NCBI GenBank assembly: GCA_964016885.1
Contig: OZ024745.1
Coordinates: forward strand, 33,356,001 to 33,420,000
DNA: 64,000 nt
Direction of reading: 5' to 3'
Origin: Eledone cirrhosa
Taxonomy: Eukaryota
Below are positions 14,773 through 25,837 of the stretch, one piece after another. Position 1 is the first letter of the stretch, and every line of letters begins with the position of its first letter. Below the pieces are notes generated by a model. The model was not told the origin of the DNA, did no database searches, and saw only the letters and a list, made by a program, of their open reading frames with translations. A program made the translations under genes and the position numbers.

Positions 14773-14909
14773 TTTTGCGTTTGCGAACTCCAATCTTTTG
14801 TGGTCCAAGGAAACAGAGGAATATGAAAGCAATTGCTGCAGCACTGCCAGGAACAGCAAACAAAATCAATCGATTATCACAAAGACAATCTACACAACAC
14901 TCCGCTGTA
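14773..14909 (-). CDS. MFSD12: MFSD12-like exon G (137 nt; Cys-rich loop and last TM)
   Basis: ttatacag| ... A|gtaagt. Phase 2 matches exon F. TAECCVDCLCDNRLILFAVPGSAAAIAFIFLCFLGPQKIGVRKRK. Confidence 0.85.
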
Positions 14910-15136
14910 CTGTATAAACAAATAAAAATAACCAATATTAACAATTGACAGAATGTGTGTGTTAACTTTGCCTTTCATCCTTACGGGGTCGATAAAATAA
15001 AGTACCAGTAATACACTGGGGGAATTGCTGGCCTTGTGCCAAAAAGTAGAAACAGTTATGTGTGTGCGCGTGTGTGTGTGCATGTATATATATATCAACA
15101 GCATCACCATTTTACAAAGAAAATTTTTGAAGTTCA

Positions 15137-16672
15137 ATGGGATTTTATATACTAGAAGGTGTCATACCAAAAGATTGGTGCAGTAGCATCATTGTCAACT
15201 TCTACAAAGGTAAAGGGGATGCACTCGATAGAGGAAACTATAGAGGTATAAAGCTGATGGACCAGGTCATGAAAGTAACAGAAAGAGTTATAGCACAGTT
15301 GATTAGAGACCGGGTGAAACTAGATGAGATGCAATTTGGGTTTGTACCAGGAAGAGGCACCACTGATGCCCTCTTCCTTGTGAGGCAGTTACAGGAAAAG
15401 TACCTAGCTAAGAGTAAGCCACTCTACTTGGCATTCGTCGATCTCGAGAAAGCCTTTGACAGAGTTCCACGTGCTGTAATCTGGTGGGCTCTTAGAAAAC
15501 TAGGAGTAGATGAATGGCTTGTGAAAGCTGTACAAGCCATGTATAGGGGAGCAGTCAGCAAAGTTAGGATTAGCAATGAGTATAGCGAGGAATTTAGCGT
15601 ACAGGTTGGGGTCCACCAGGGCTATGTTCTTAGCCCTCTCCTGTTCATCATAGTCCTGCAGGCAATAACAGAGGAGTTTAAGACCGGATGCCCATGGGAA
15701 CTCCTGTATGCTGATGACCTCGCACTTATAGCTGAATCTATGGTAGAACTAGAGAAGAAATTCCAAACTTGGAAGCAGGGACTAGAAAGAAAGGGTCTCA
15801 AAGTCAACATGACAAAGACTAAGGTGCTTGTAAGTAGACAAGAAAACAGAACCCAGATCTCTACAGGGAAATGGCCTTGCTCAGTATGTAGGAAAGGTGT
15901 AGGTAGGAACTCCATTCTTTGCCCCAAATGCAAACAATGGGTACACAAGAGATGTAGCAGGATCTCAGGAAGCTTAATTAAAAATGTAGGCTTCACATGC
16001 AGCAGCTGTACTGGGACAGCAAGCAGCAAACAGCCACAGGAAACAAGTACCACCAATCTCTGGGAGGACTCTGTAGAGACAGTAGACAGCTTCTGCTACC
16101 TAGGTGACCGAATTAGCAGCGGAGGTGGGTGTTCAGAAAGTACAATAACTAGGGTAAGAACGGTATGGAAGAAGTTCAGGGAACTACTACCACTGCTAGC
16201 TGCAAAAGGCTTCTCCCTCAAAATGAAAGGCAGACTGTATGATGCATGTATCCGAACAGCAATGTTACATGGTAGTGAGACCTGGGCGCTGAAGGTGGAA
16301 GACTTAGGTAGATTAGAGAGAAACGAAGCCTGCATGCTCCAATGGATGTGTAATAGTAATATATGCGAACGACAAAGCATAAATGAATTGAGAGAGAGAC
16401 TGAGCATAAGAGGAATCAAATGCTGTGTGCAGGAGAGGCGGTTGCGTTGGTATGGACATGTGATGCGTATGAAGGATGACAGCTGCATAAAAAGGTGCAG
16501 AGCACTAGAAGTCGATGGAAACTGCGGAGTGGGGAGACCCAAGATGACTTGGGATGAGGTGATAAAAGCCGACCTTACCCAATTACACCTCTCAAAGGCG
16601 ATGACACACGACCGTGACCTCTGGCGTTACGCAGTAATACAGAGTACCCGAGCTCCCATGGGTACAAGCTGA
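15137..16672 (+). CDS. RTE reverse transcriptase, partial (511 aa open frame) with a PHD-like C4HC3 finger
   Basis: NYRGIKL, QFGF, FVDLEKAFD, GVHQG..LSPLLF, YADD, FCYLG and RRLRWYGHV motifs. CSVC..CPKC..HKRC..CSSC insert. The first few codons probably come from flanking DNA. Confidence 0.9.
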   Translation: MGFYILEGVIPKDWCSSIIVNFYKGKGDALDRGNYRGIKLMDQVMKVTERVIAQLIRDRVKLDEMQFGFVPGRGTTDALFLVRQLQEKYLAKSKPLYLAFVDLEKAFDRVPRAVIWWALRKLGVDEWLVKAVQAMYRGAVSKVRISNEYSEEFSVQVGVHQGYVLSPLLFIIVLQAITEEFKTGCPWELLYADDLALIAESMVELEKKFQTWKQGLERKGLKVNMTKTKVLVSRQENRTQISTGKWPCSVCRKGVGRNSILCPKCKQWVHKRCSRISGSLIKNVGFTCSSCTGTASSKQPQETSTTNLWEDSVETVDSFCYLGDRISSGGGCSESTITRVRTVWKKFRELLPLLAAKGFSLKMKGRLYDACIRTAMLHGSETWALKVEDLGRLERNEACMLQWMCNSNICERQSINELRERLSIRGIKCCVQERRLRWYGHVMRMKDDSCIKRCRALEVDGNCGVGRPKMTWDEVIKADLTQLHLSKAMTHDRDLWRYAVIQSTRAPMGTS

Positions 16673-16973
16673 AGCATATAGACAATATGCCCCCACACCC
16701 TCCTACTGCAAGGTGGTCGTGGAGGTGCCACCGCAAAAAAGCACCCAGCCCACACTGTAAAGTGGATGTGTAGGCGCCACAAAAAAGCACCCAGCACTCA
16801 CTGTAAATGAGGTTGGTGTTAGGAAGGGCATCCAGCTGTAGAAATCAAGCCAAATCAGTTCCTGTATGAGCAAGGCATGGTCAGTCGACCAGACACTGCC
16901 CACAACAGGACAACCCGTCTAACCCATGCTAGCGTGGAAGAACGGACGTAAAACGGTGATGATGATGATGATG
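15153..16973 (+). mobile_element. 5'-truncated RTE-clade non-LTR retrotransposon, antisense in the MFSD12 F-G intron
   Basis: RT ORF, 3' UTR with repeated sub-motifs and a (GAT)n tail at ~16957-16973. No endonuclease domain is present. Confidence 0.93.
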
Positions 16974-17410
16974 AATAAAATGCTTTAATTAAACTCCTTG
17001 TTCATCTTTGTTCTTTATTTATATATATAGTGAGAGAGAGAGTTTCTATCTGTAAGATCAGTAGTTCTGATTTGGTCAATGACAACCTATCCAACCCATG
17101 ATAGGGAAAATGGACATTAAATGATGATGGTATCATCATCCTCAGCATTTCACGTCAGCTTTCCTTGCTAGCAAGGGTTGGTCGGGTCTACATAATCTAA
17201 GTCAGTACTGAAGCAGGGCTATCGACCTTCCAGACAGGCCTGGGGTCTGCATCTCACTTATGTGGTAATTAAACACTGTCCTGGAGTCTTTTAGAAGACA
17301 AAACAAAGCAGAACTTACATAAAATTGCACGGGGTGGACAAAATTTATACATATAATTAAATATTTGATATTTAAGTTGAACAATGTGTGATGAATATTG
17401 AGACAAAAAA

Positions 17411-17695
17411 AAAATCTATAAGTCTATTAACATTTTGAAATCTTCACCACCATATCTTTAGTATAAGAATGATGGTAGTAATGACCAGTACTCCCATAAT
17501 TTTATAAGATACCCTTCCAAGTACCAACACTTTTAGTCACTGCAGGAAAATGGTATTCTTAATCTAAACTATAAAATTATGGGAGTACATTGCCTGGGCC
17601 AATACTGACCGAAAGTTATCAAAGTTACTACCATCATTCTTATACTGAAGATATGGTGGTGAAGATTTCAAAATGTTAATAGACTTATAGATTTT
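17411..17695. repeat. Foldback/MITE-like nested inverted repeat
   Basis: 71-bp arms 17411-17481 / 17625-17695 (one mismatch) and 19-bp inner arms 17488-17506 / 17570-17588. Confidence 0.85.
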
Positions 17696-18240
17696 GGAAG
17701 GTTATTGTTCCATACCAAACAAAGAACTAAGAAGGAAATATGAAACTTAAAGCGTCATGCATATATAAAAACGATTTCATTTCAAAAGCACAAGTATTAT
17801 GCAAAAGAAACAAAACACATTTAAACAAATCTTGTTTACTTCTGGCTCTAGGCACTAAAGCTAGGGTGTATAGTTCATAATTTTGATGTTAACTCACATT
17901 TGGCATAGTGCTTAATATGCTTGGCTGGGATTCAAGAGTTCAATTTTCTGTAGCAGTTGCTAATCACTTATTTTCTGACCTTAAGAGTATTCTACCCAAT
18001 TTTCTAATGCTATTACCATTGTAGCACCTCTGTGTTTCATTTTCAACATTTTCAAATAAAAGAACATTTACTTAACATATTAAGGGAGAATGGGTAAGGT
18101 TTATTTTTTAAAAATCCATGCTAAATTAGAATTTATCCATTTCAGTTATTCAGGAAAGCCAAACTATTATTTAGCTTCATCCCCCCTCACACACACACAC
18201 AAAAAAAACAAAACAAAAAAAAAAAACAAAGTCAACTTAC

Positions 18241-18335
18241 TTATTAGCAAGCAAATGCTGGATAATAACCACTGCTACACCATTGGCACATTTATCTATC
18301 AAACTTAACGTTCCAAAAACAAAAGCACCAGACTC
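18241..18335 (-). CDS. MFSD12: MFSD12-like exon F (95 nt)
   Basis: cattccag| ... AA|gtaagt. ESGAFVFGTLSLIDKCANGVAVVIIQHLLAN resembles MFSD12 '[25 protein letters not shown]'. Confidence 0.93.
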
Positions 18336-18902
18336 CTGGAATGAAATAATAAAGATCAACATAAGAAACAATAGAATCCTTTCCTTATTTCAACCCTTTT
18401 GTTACCATATTTCTAATGAAACTCACTTCTAATTTTTTTCAAATCACTATCAAAATAGTGGAAAATTTCAAAGGATTTCGTAATATAACTTAGATTTCTC
18501 GTTATTAATCTGGGATTTGGAGCACGGCTTAATAAATGTTCTTACATAAAATTATGATGGAAGGTTTTTAGATAAATATGATAAGGCTGAAAGGACTCTT
18601 CAGTCATGCCAAGGACATGACAACCTCACTAGTGTTTGAGCCATGATTCAATGCACCTTGTTCACTCTGTAAAGTGGATGGCATTTAGAAGGGCATCCAG
18701 CTGTAGAAACTATGCCCAAAACTGGAACATATATAAGCAAAACACAGTCTCCATTCTACCTATGAAAAATGGTAACTCTGATTAGATACCGACTTAGTCT
18801 GTAATGACCTAGTCAACCTATGCTAGAATTGGAAAAGTCTGAGACAAAAATGGGTTTCAGAAAAGAAGAATTTTCAGAAAAGAATCTTAAAATTTTACTT
18901 GC

Positions 18903-19073
18903 CGTATTTGTTGCAATCAATTCTGTGGTAAGTGAGAGAGAGGTTATAAGAGCAATCGATCCTCCGATTCCATTAAAAGCAGCAGCACCAAAAACTTGCA
19001 TTGAATTGATTGGAATAAATAAAACCCAAACACTGAAGCTCAGTGAAATAAGAAGACCAATGGCAAATGTCAA
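18903..19073 (-). CDS. MFSD12: MFSD12-like exon E (171 nt), ending at a GC donor
   Basis: attacag| ... ACG|gcaagt. LTFAIGLLISLSFSVWVLFIPINSMQVFGAAAFNGIGGSIALITSLSLTTELIATNT. Only the GC donor keeps frame with exon F. Confidence 0.88.
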
Positions 19074-19644
19074 CTGTAATAGATTGGAATTTTAATAGTA
19101 TTAAACAACAAAGAATTATTGGTAGCAGAAAAAAAAAGATCAATTAAAAAATCCTTTCTTTTCATATTATTACAATGGAGTTAAATGATGTCAATATTCA
19201 AAATGATTTACAACAGAATCAAATGTTTTAATCACATTTCAAATTAATATTTATTTCCAACTTAGATACAAGGCTAACAATTAGCAGGGGGGGGGGGGGG
19301 GGGGCGTCGAATAAATCAACCCCAGTATTTTACTGGCATTTTATTTTATTGACCCCAGAGGAATGAAAGGCAAAGTTGACCTTACCACGACCCCGGAGGG
19401 ATGCAAGGCAAATGCGACCTTGGCATGACCCCAGAGGGATGAAAGACAAAGCTGACCTCACTATGACCCCAGAAGGTTGAAAGGCAAACTTCACTTCAGC
19501 AGAGGCTCCTCATACCAATGTTAAGGTATTGTTCTCAAAATAAATAATATCAAAATCTCATAGATTTGATATTATGTGAGATAATTATGTAAGGTAAAGC
19601 CTTAACCACAAAAATACAATAGTAAATATACTACTCTGATACTA

Positions 19645-19900
19645 AACTCCACCAGTTGCAGTCTGCGCATCAACATGAGATATATTTCTCCACAAAGTTC
19701 CATCAACAGCAGAGTTTAAAGAACAAAGACCAAGTCCAGTCCATAGGTTGACATTATCAAGCCATCGTTTTGGCTGCCAGCCCCTGCTTCTCTTACCAGC
19801 CAACCTTCCTTCCAGGCATAACCTACTCACACCACGAGATGATCTTTTTATATGACTGTATAGTTTGAGTATTCTTGACAATTGATATAATTGGTCTAAG
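19645..19900 (-). mobile_element. Degenerate RTE-like ORF C-terminal fragment (different family), splitting a MITE
   Basis: Minus frame LEGRLAGKRSRGWQPKRWLDNV. The flanks (19510-19640, 19965-20000) match the piggyBac-like MITE. Confidence 0.65.
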
Positions 19901-20389
19901 TCTGGTAATGTTGAGCAGCTCACTGATACAGTCACTGAGCTGCTTGCCAGTCATAAGTTTCATGATGTGGAATATAGAGTAATGTAAGTGCTAAAGGGCT
20001 AATGACTGCTAATTTACCCTCACATAAAAGATATAAATAAATACTGGAAGGTATTAAATCAATGCTCTATCTATTTTGCCAATCCACAGCCCAAGGTAAT
20101 GACAACTGCAATGGAAAGGTGTATGCTGCATGTGTGAGGTGACATGATTTATGGGAGTGAGACATGGGTGTTGGACATGTAACAGCAGGAAAAGCTAAGA
20201 ATGGTTTAGTGGATGAATGAAGTATCATTTAGAGAGAGGAAGACAAACAATGAAGAGCAGAGTGTGATGGGAATAGAGCCATTGATACACACAGTATAAT
20301 ATATGGTATAACTTGTATATGTATATGGTTGGGTAGATGAGCAGAGTATTGCTGAGAGACTGGAAGACAAATAATGAATTACAGAGGAT

Positions 20390-20670
20390 GATGAGAATAG
20401 AGTTAGTGAAGAGAAATGGATGAGATGGCTGGGTCATGTGTTGAGAAAAAGATGAAAGTGACTGGGTAAGAGAAGTGATGGAAATGAATGTGGAAGGAAG
20501 TAGAGGAAGAGGAACACCAAGAAAGACATGGCTAAGGATGATGGAGGAGGAAATGAAAGCCAGTGAGTTAGTGAGAGGGTATGCAACCGACAGGGCAAAA
20601 TAGAGAAGCTTGTAATAATACTCCCTCCCACCAAGCTAATCTCTGCTTAAGCAGAGAAATCAGCCTTAAA
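20390..20670 (+). mobile_element. Degenerate RTE-like 3' fragment (similar inverted copy at ~32880-33020)
   Basis: RW.GHVLR...GSRGRGTPRKTW remnants. Confidence 0.6.
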
Positions 20671-21221
20671 ACCCTTGTTGTTTGCTGTTATACTGTTCTA
20701 GTTAATGACAACCACAATTGCTTTTTTTTTATCTGTCACCAGACAAACATTTTATATCTCTCCACCACCATTCTAAATATCTAAAGGTTTACTTCAATAA
20801 CCATGACTTAATCCTGTGTATTTATTTATCAATACTAATCCTACTCCTACTAACACCACAAAGTAACCTAATCTGTTCCTCCCCCCACTCTCTGAACTCT
20901 AGCTAACTAACCAGGTCAAATAGTAGACAACTCTTTGTCATTGGTTAGAATTAAAAGAAAAAACAACAACATATAATTAATATTGCTTTGTTATAACTGT
21001 GTGAGATGGCAAACTTCTAGAGAGTGGGAAAGAGAGAGAAAGAGTGGGAAAGAGAGAGAAAGAGTGAGAGAAATAATATATATTTACATATATAATTTTC
21101 CTCAGTCATATGTGTGTGTATATATGTGTGTATGTAAATATATATCATCATTTTTACGTCCAATTTTCCACACTTGGGTTGGATGGGTCTTTCTCAGCAT
21201 GGATATATATATATATATCAT

Positions 21222-21518
21222 TTGTCTGATCAATGAGCAACTGTATGGGGACCTTTGCCCAGTATCTGACATCATCAAAGAGTGTAGTGTCAGATTTGCA
21301 GGCCATTGCTGAAGAGCTAAAGACGGAATTGTTAGTAAAGTTCTTTTGTGGGAGGCTACACAAAGAGCTATCAGAGGTTGACAAGCCAAGACCTATATCA
21401 AGTAGATTTGTGATGACAAACTGCAATCCCTCTGATCTACTGAATATGATGATCAATAGAATTGGATGGTGACACAGAGTCAAGAGAATCCACGCAAGCA
21501 GTGCAGCCTTTTGACTGA
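21222..21518 (+). mobile_element. Degenerate non-LTR ORF 3' fragment between (TA)n tracts
   Basis: NEQLYGDL..VSDIIK...VRFAGHC motif typical of RTE-like C-termini. Confidence 0.55.
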
Positions 21519-21540
21519 TATATATATATATGATAAAGTT

Positions 21541-21692
21541 ATCATCATTATCATCGTTTAACGTCCATCTTCCACGCTTGCATGGGTTTGGATGGGAGTT
21601 TTCCCACTTGAATCAAGATTGGTTGTCCTGCTCGTATAGGACTGTCTGGCGGGTTTTCTAAGGCTGGATGCCCTTCCTAACACCAACCACGT
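21541..21692 (-). mobile_element. RTE 3' UTR fragment
   Basis: Reverse complement of the 29640-29790 terminus. Confidence 0.8.
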
Positions 21693-22049
21693 TTATATCT
21701 GCATAAATACTAAGTGTGTAACCAACGTGTATAAATATATATATACACGCACACACATATATGTATGTATATATGTGTGTGTAAAATTATATACACACAT
21801 GCACACACACATATATACATACATACATATAAATTATATATATGAACATCTGTTAATCATCATCATCATTTTACGTCCGCTTTTCCCTAATTTTAAAATT
21901 TAAATGTAGTCGTCAAAATATAACTACAGTAGGTGATCACTATAAATAAGGTACTTTACCTGATTGTCTCAGCTATTATTATTGTTATCAACTATTATCA
22001 TAGTCATTTACATTGGGATTACTACATTTCATATTTCTAATATATATCA

Positions 22050-22480
22050 CCATCATAATCACCATTTAACGTCTATTATCCATGCTTGCATGGGTTAGAT
22101 AGGCTGGCATGTTCTGACCTGTCTGACAGGTCAGGTGATCACATCTTGCACATAAGGATCTGTTTTGGGTTTAGATTTTTGGTTTTCTATCGCTGGATGC
22201 CCTTCCTAATTTACTGGGAGCTCTTTTTTGTGGTAACAACACTACCACTTTACAGGGTGGATTGGGTGTTTTTTGTCGTGGCATTGGTACAAGCACCTAA
22301 CAGAATGAACTAGGTGCTTTTTTGTTGTGGTATAAGCATGACGACCTTACAGGGTGGTCTGGGTGATTTTTGTTGCTGTGGTACCAGCACTACCACTGTA
22401 CAAGGTAGAATGGGTGATTTTTGTTGTCGTGGCACCAGCACTACCACTGTACAAGGTAGACTGGGTGATTTTGTTGTGGA
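22050..22480 (-). mobile_element. RTE 3' UTR fragment with degenerate ~57-bp tandem sub-repeats
   Basis: catcat..tttaacgtc..gcatgggttaga terminus. Repeated accagcactaccactgtacaaggtaga. Confidence 0.7.
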
Positions 22481-22746
22481 TCCAGTACTGTGGGAAAATA
22501 GGTGTGGAACATGTCCAACTTTCTGTGCATGGACTTTAATGAACAAAGTTAAATGCTTGTTTTTTTTAATCATTTTTCATTTTAGGCATATATTTTAGAC
22601 TTGCTACAAAAATAGAACTAAGTGACATTTTAACACATAATAATTAGAGAAAATGCTAGAAACAAGGTGATGGGAGAAGAATGGGAGGGTGAAATAATGA
22701 AAATGTGGTAAACTTGAGAATACTTTGACATAAATATGTTAATTAC

Positions 22747-22839
22747 CTTTGCTCCTATTGTTGAGTTGATCAATTTCATGGTTAATGTGGTTATAAAACT
22801 GAATATATAAACTACAAGTGGCACAATGGCTATATATTT
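22747..22839 (-). CDS. MFSD12: MFSD12-like exon D (93 nt)
   Basis: atttcag| ... AAG|gtaatt. KYIAIVPLVVYIFSFITTLTMKLINSTIGAK resembles MFSD12 'KFIATIPLVMYLSGF...MKPINKCIGR'. Confidence 0.92.
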
Positions 22840-23385
22840 CTGAAATGAAATAACAGAGTAATTAGATAGTTATTTAAGTTGAATATAGCTCTCTTCTTAA
22901 AACACACACACATACACAAGCATAGATATATGCAAATGTGTGCACACATCATCATCATAGTTTAACGTCCATTTTCCACGCTAGCATGGAGCTAATCTGT
23001 TGTCTGGTTTAACACCATCACTACCACCTTGGGCACCTTTATAGCAGAATTGATTCTGTTGCAAGCATTTGAATTAGCTCTCCAGTTTGAGAACAACTTA
23101 CACCAGTCAATTAGTTGCAGAGGCCCTGAAAAGGAGCTTGGGCACTGCTCTTCCTGAGTAAACAGTTAAAAAAAGGTTTGATATATAAATTAAAATCATT
23201 CCTTTGTTATGGGGTGAACCCGTCCAATTCAGGCTACCTGGGGAAAATGGATACTTTGATGATGATAATGAAAAATGTGACAACTACAATTCTTTCATTT
23301 CATTTTTGTTTAGTTTTAGGATGAAGATCTTTGCAGGAACTGAGACTGAGGAAGAAAGAGATGTAAAAACCATGAATAAAGGATT

Positions 23386-23668
23386 TGTAGCCTTGTGGTA
23401 AGGGTGTTGGACTTATGATCATAATGTCATAGGTTCGATTCCTGGGCTGGGTTATGTGTTAGGTTCTTGAACAAAACACTTTATTTCATGTTGCTCCAGT
23501 ATACTCAGCTGAAAATGAATCTAGCAATAGCTAGGTTAATCCTGCAATGGACTGGTGTCCTGTCCAGGGGAGTGTTTTGTATTCTCAGTCACGTCACGGC
23601 ATGGAAACCGGGATAAGTACCAGCTTCATGAGCCTCTGGGCTCGAGACAGGCTTTAACTTTTTTTTTT
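23386..23668 (+). mobile_element. Family-2 SINE
   Basis: gtagccttgtggtaaggg, ggttcgattcctgg, T-rich tail. Confidence 0.8.
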
Positions 23669-24269
23669 ATTAACTATTAGTTAATAGCCTACTTGGAAGC
23701 TATTAGACACATGTAGACTCGTCACCAAACTGAGCAGCCTTTTGAAGTATTTCACAGGGTCAAGGTCCTGTTATATCTGTCGGTGTGACCACTTTTAACT
23801 GTACCTTCTAACAAACAGCAGTGCTATATAAAGGAAAGTGTAGAAAAGAGAAGCACATGAAGATCTGGTTTTAATAATTGAAATGGTGTGAATTCTGCTA
23901 AAGGCATTCATGGGTCAAGCTGTAGTGGTGTTAAACTGGTCAGATAGGAATAGTGTTAAACTGGTCAGACAGTAGTAGTGTTAAACCAAGTGACTGAGCA
24001 GGTCTATGAGAATAGAGCTCTACACAAAATAAAATAGTAGACCATGGTATTTTATCATAACTAGAGAAGTAATCTCACTGAACTTAGAACCCTTTGCCCT
24101 GGTTTGAGACACACCTGTAATATTTTGTTTTCAAAATTCCTTGGACCTTCAATCTGAATCAATCCTTCCTCACCAGAATTTACATCCTTCTTGAAACATC
24201 TGTTTAAGTTTCTCAAACAAGCAATTTAAAAAGATACAAAACAAAAAGCAAAACTCATTAAGGACTTAC

Positions 24270-24362
24270 CTTATTTAATTTGATAGTGTCTATAACATAG
24301 AGAGGTAAATATATCTGGGAGATGTTTAGAAAAAGTCGAGTCCCCATATATATGACTCCTAT
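24270..24362 (-). CDS. MFSD12: MFSD12-like exon C (93 nt)
   Basis: cccacag| ... AAG|gtaagt. IGVIYMGTRLFLNISQIYLPLYVIDTIKLNK matches the family motif YMxTRLxxNxSQxY. Confidence 0.92.
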
Positions 24363-25204
24363 CTGTGGGGAAGAAAAATAACAGATTTAATAACAATGAA
24401 AACAACAGTTGCAGTAATATATTTTAAATAGAAATAAGGATAATCATTCATCACTTACTCTCCCCCACCATCATAGATCTTTATTGCTATCCCATCACAC
24501 TGTTCCTGCCATTTTTCTACTCAAACTCTTACCCACTACCAACGATCAGTGTGCAGTTATCACTGTTACTCTCCTTTCCCTATTGTCCTTGTCCCCCCCC
24601 CCCCCCCCCCCTGTCATCTTCAAATTCTACTCTCCCTTCTTTCCACTCTTGCTCATCACTTCCTCTCAGTTATATTTGCCTTCAAAGAACAGAGCCTGTA
24701 AAGAGCAGTGAGATCTCTTTAGACTTGTAGTGGACAATACTATACTTGTAGTGGACAATGAGTGTTGATACGATGGAAAAATGCCCCCAGAAATAACACA
24801 AAAGTAATCAAAGGGTGCTTAACAACTGAATTAGGCATAAAGAGACTTGAAGCTCTTCAGAAGCATTAAGTAGTCTCAAATTCTATTTGATTTAAAAGAG
24901 AGGAAGTTGGACTTAAGTATTTCAAGTGCTGTTATAAATATGTTTGTGCGTGTGTGTATATGTGTATGTAAGCATGTCAGTTACAGTTTTCAGAGTACAC
25001 ACATTTATATTTGTGTTTATCTCTATGTGAAATATTAGATTAAAATATTTTAATACTATGCCATTTAGAAAATATTTTAATACTACGCCATTTAGAAAAT
25101 ATTTTAATACTTTGCCATTTAGAAATGTAATATATGAACATGGGTTGGATGGGTTGTTACAAGTCAGTTTTTATTCAGAGTTACTAGAAAGTCTGTATTG
25201 TGCT

Positions 25205-25468
25205 TGGAGGCTCATCAGGCTGGTGCTTATCCTGGTTTCTGTGGTGTGAAGTGACAGAGTACAAGACTCCTCCCTGGACAGGACTCCAGAGTTACTCCCC
25301 CCCCCCCCCCCTCACTATTGCTGGTACTCATTTTCAGCTGAGTATACTGGAGCAACGTGGAAATAAAGTGTTTAGCTCAAGAACACAACACATAACCCAG
25401 TCCAGGAACCGAAGCCACAACATTATGATCGTATGTCCAACACACAACAAGGCTACGTATTTCCACTA
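25205..25468 (-). mobile_element. Family-2 SINE
   Basis: Reverse complement of the 23386/40257 copies. Confidence 0.75.
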
Positions 25469-25627
25469 TATTCAGAGTTACTGCTCTCCATCAAATCTGT
25501 CAGATTTTGGTTATTCCTTTGAATTACTGTTAAGTTTAAACACTGAACACATTTTGTGATAATCTTAGGATTCATGTTAAACTAATGACCAACAAAATTG
25601 ATACAAGTGCGAGATATTTAGCTTTAA

Positions 25628-25802
25628 CCCTTTTGTTATCATATTTCTAATGAAAGTCATTGCCTAAATGTTTCAAATCATTTTGAAAATAATCAAGAAT
25701 TTGGAGGGATTTCGCAATATAACTAACTTTCACATTATTGAACTGGTGTTTGGATCATAATTTAATGAAGCTTCTTCCATAAAAGTTTTTTTTAGATAAA
25801 TA
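25628..25802 (+). mobile_element. Second piggyBac-like non-autonomous family (other copies 18394-~18580, 33218-~33568, ~28600-29012 inverted)
   Basis: Shared terminus ttaa-CCCTTTTGTTAyCATATTTCTAATGA and shared internal sequence. Confidence 0.7.
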
Positions 25803-25806
25803 TACA

Positions 25807-25837
<31 letters not shown>

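Noticed and set aside
14035-14859. 274-aa and 187-aa repeat ORFs (GNVYTSTMA)n / (LVMFIPPQW)n
   Set aside because: 27-bp minisatellite translations, out of frame with the MFSD12 exon.
15622-16542. Minus-strand 144-aa and 148-aa ORFs
   Set aside because: Antisense shadows of the RTE RT ORF.
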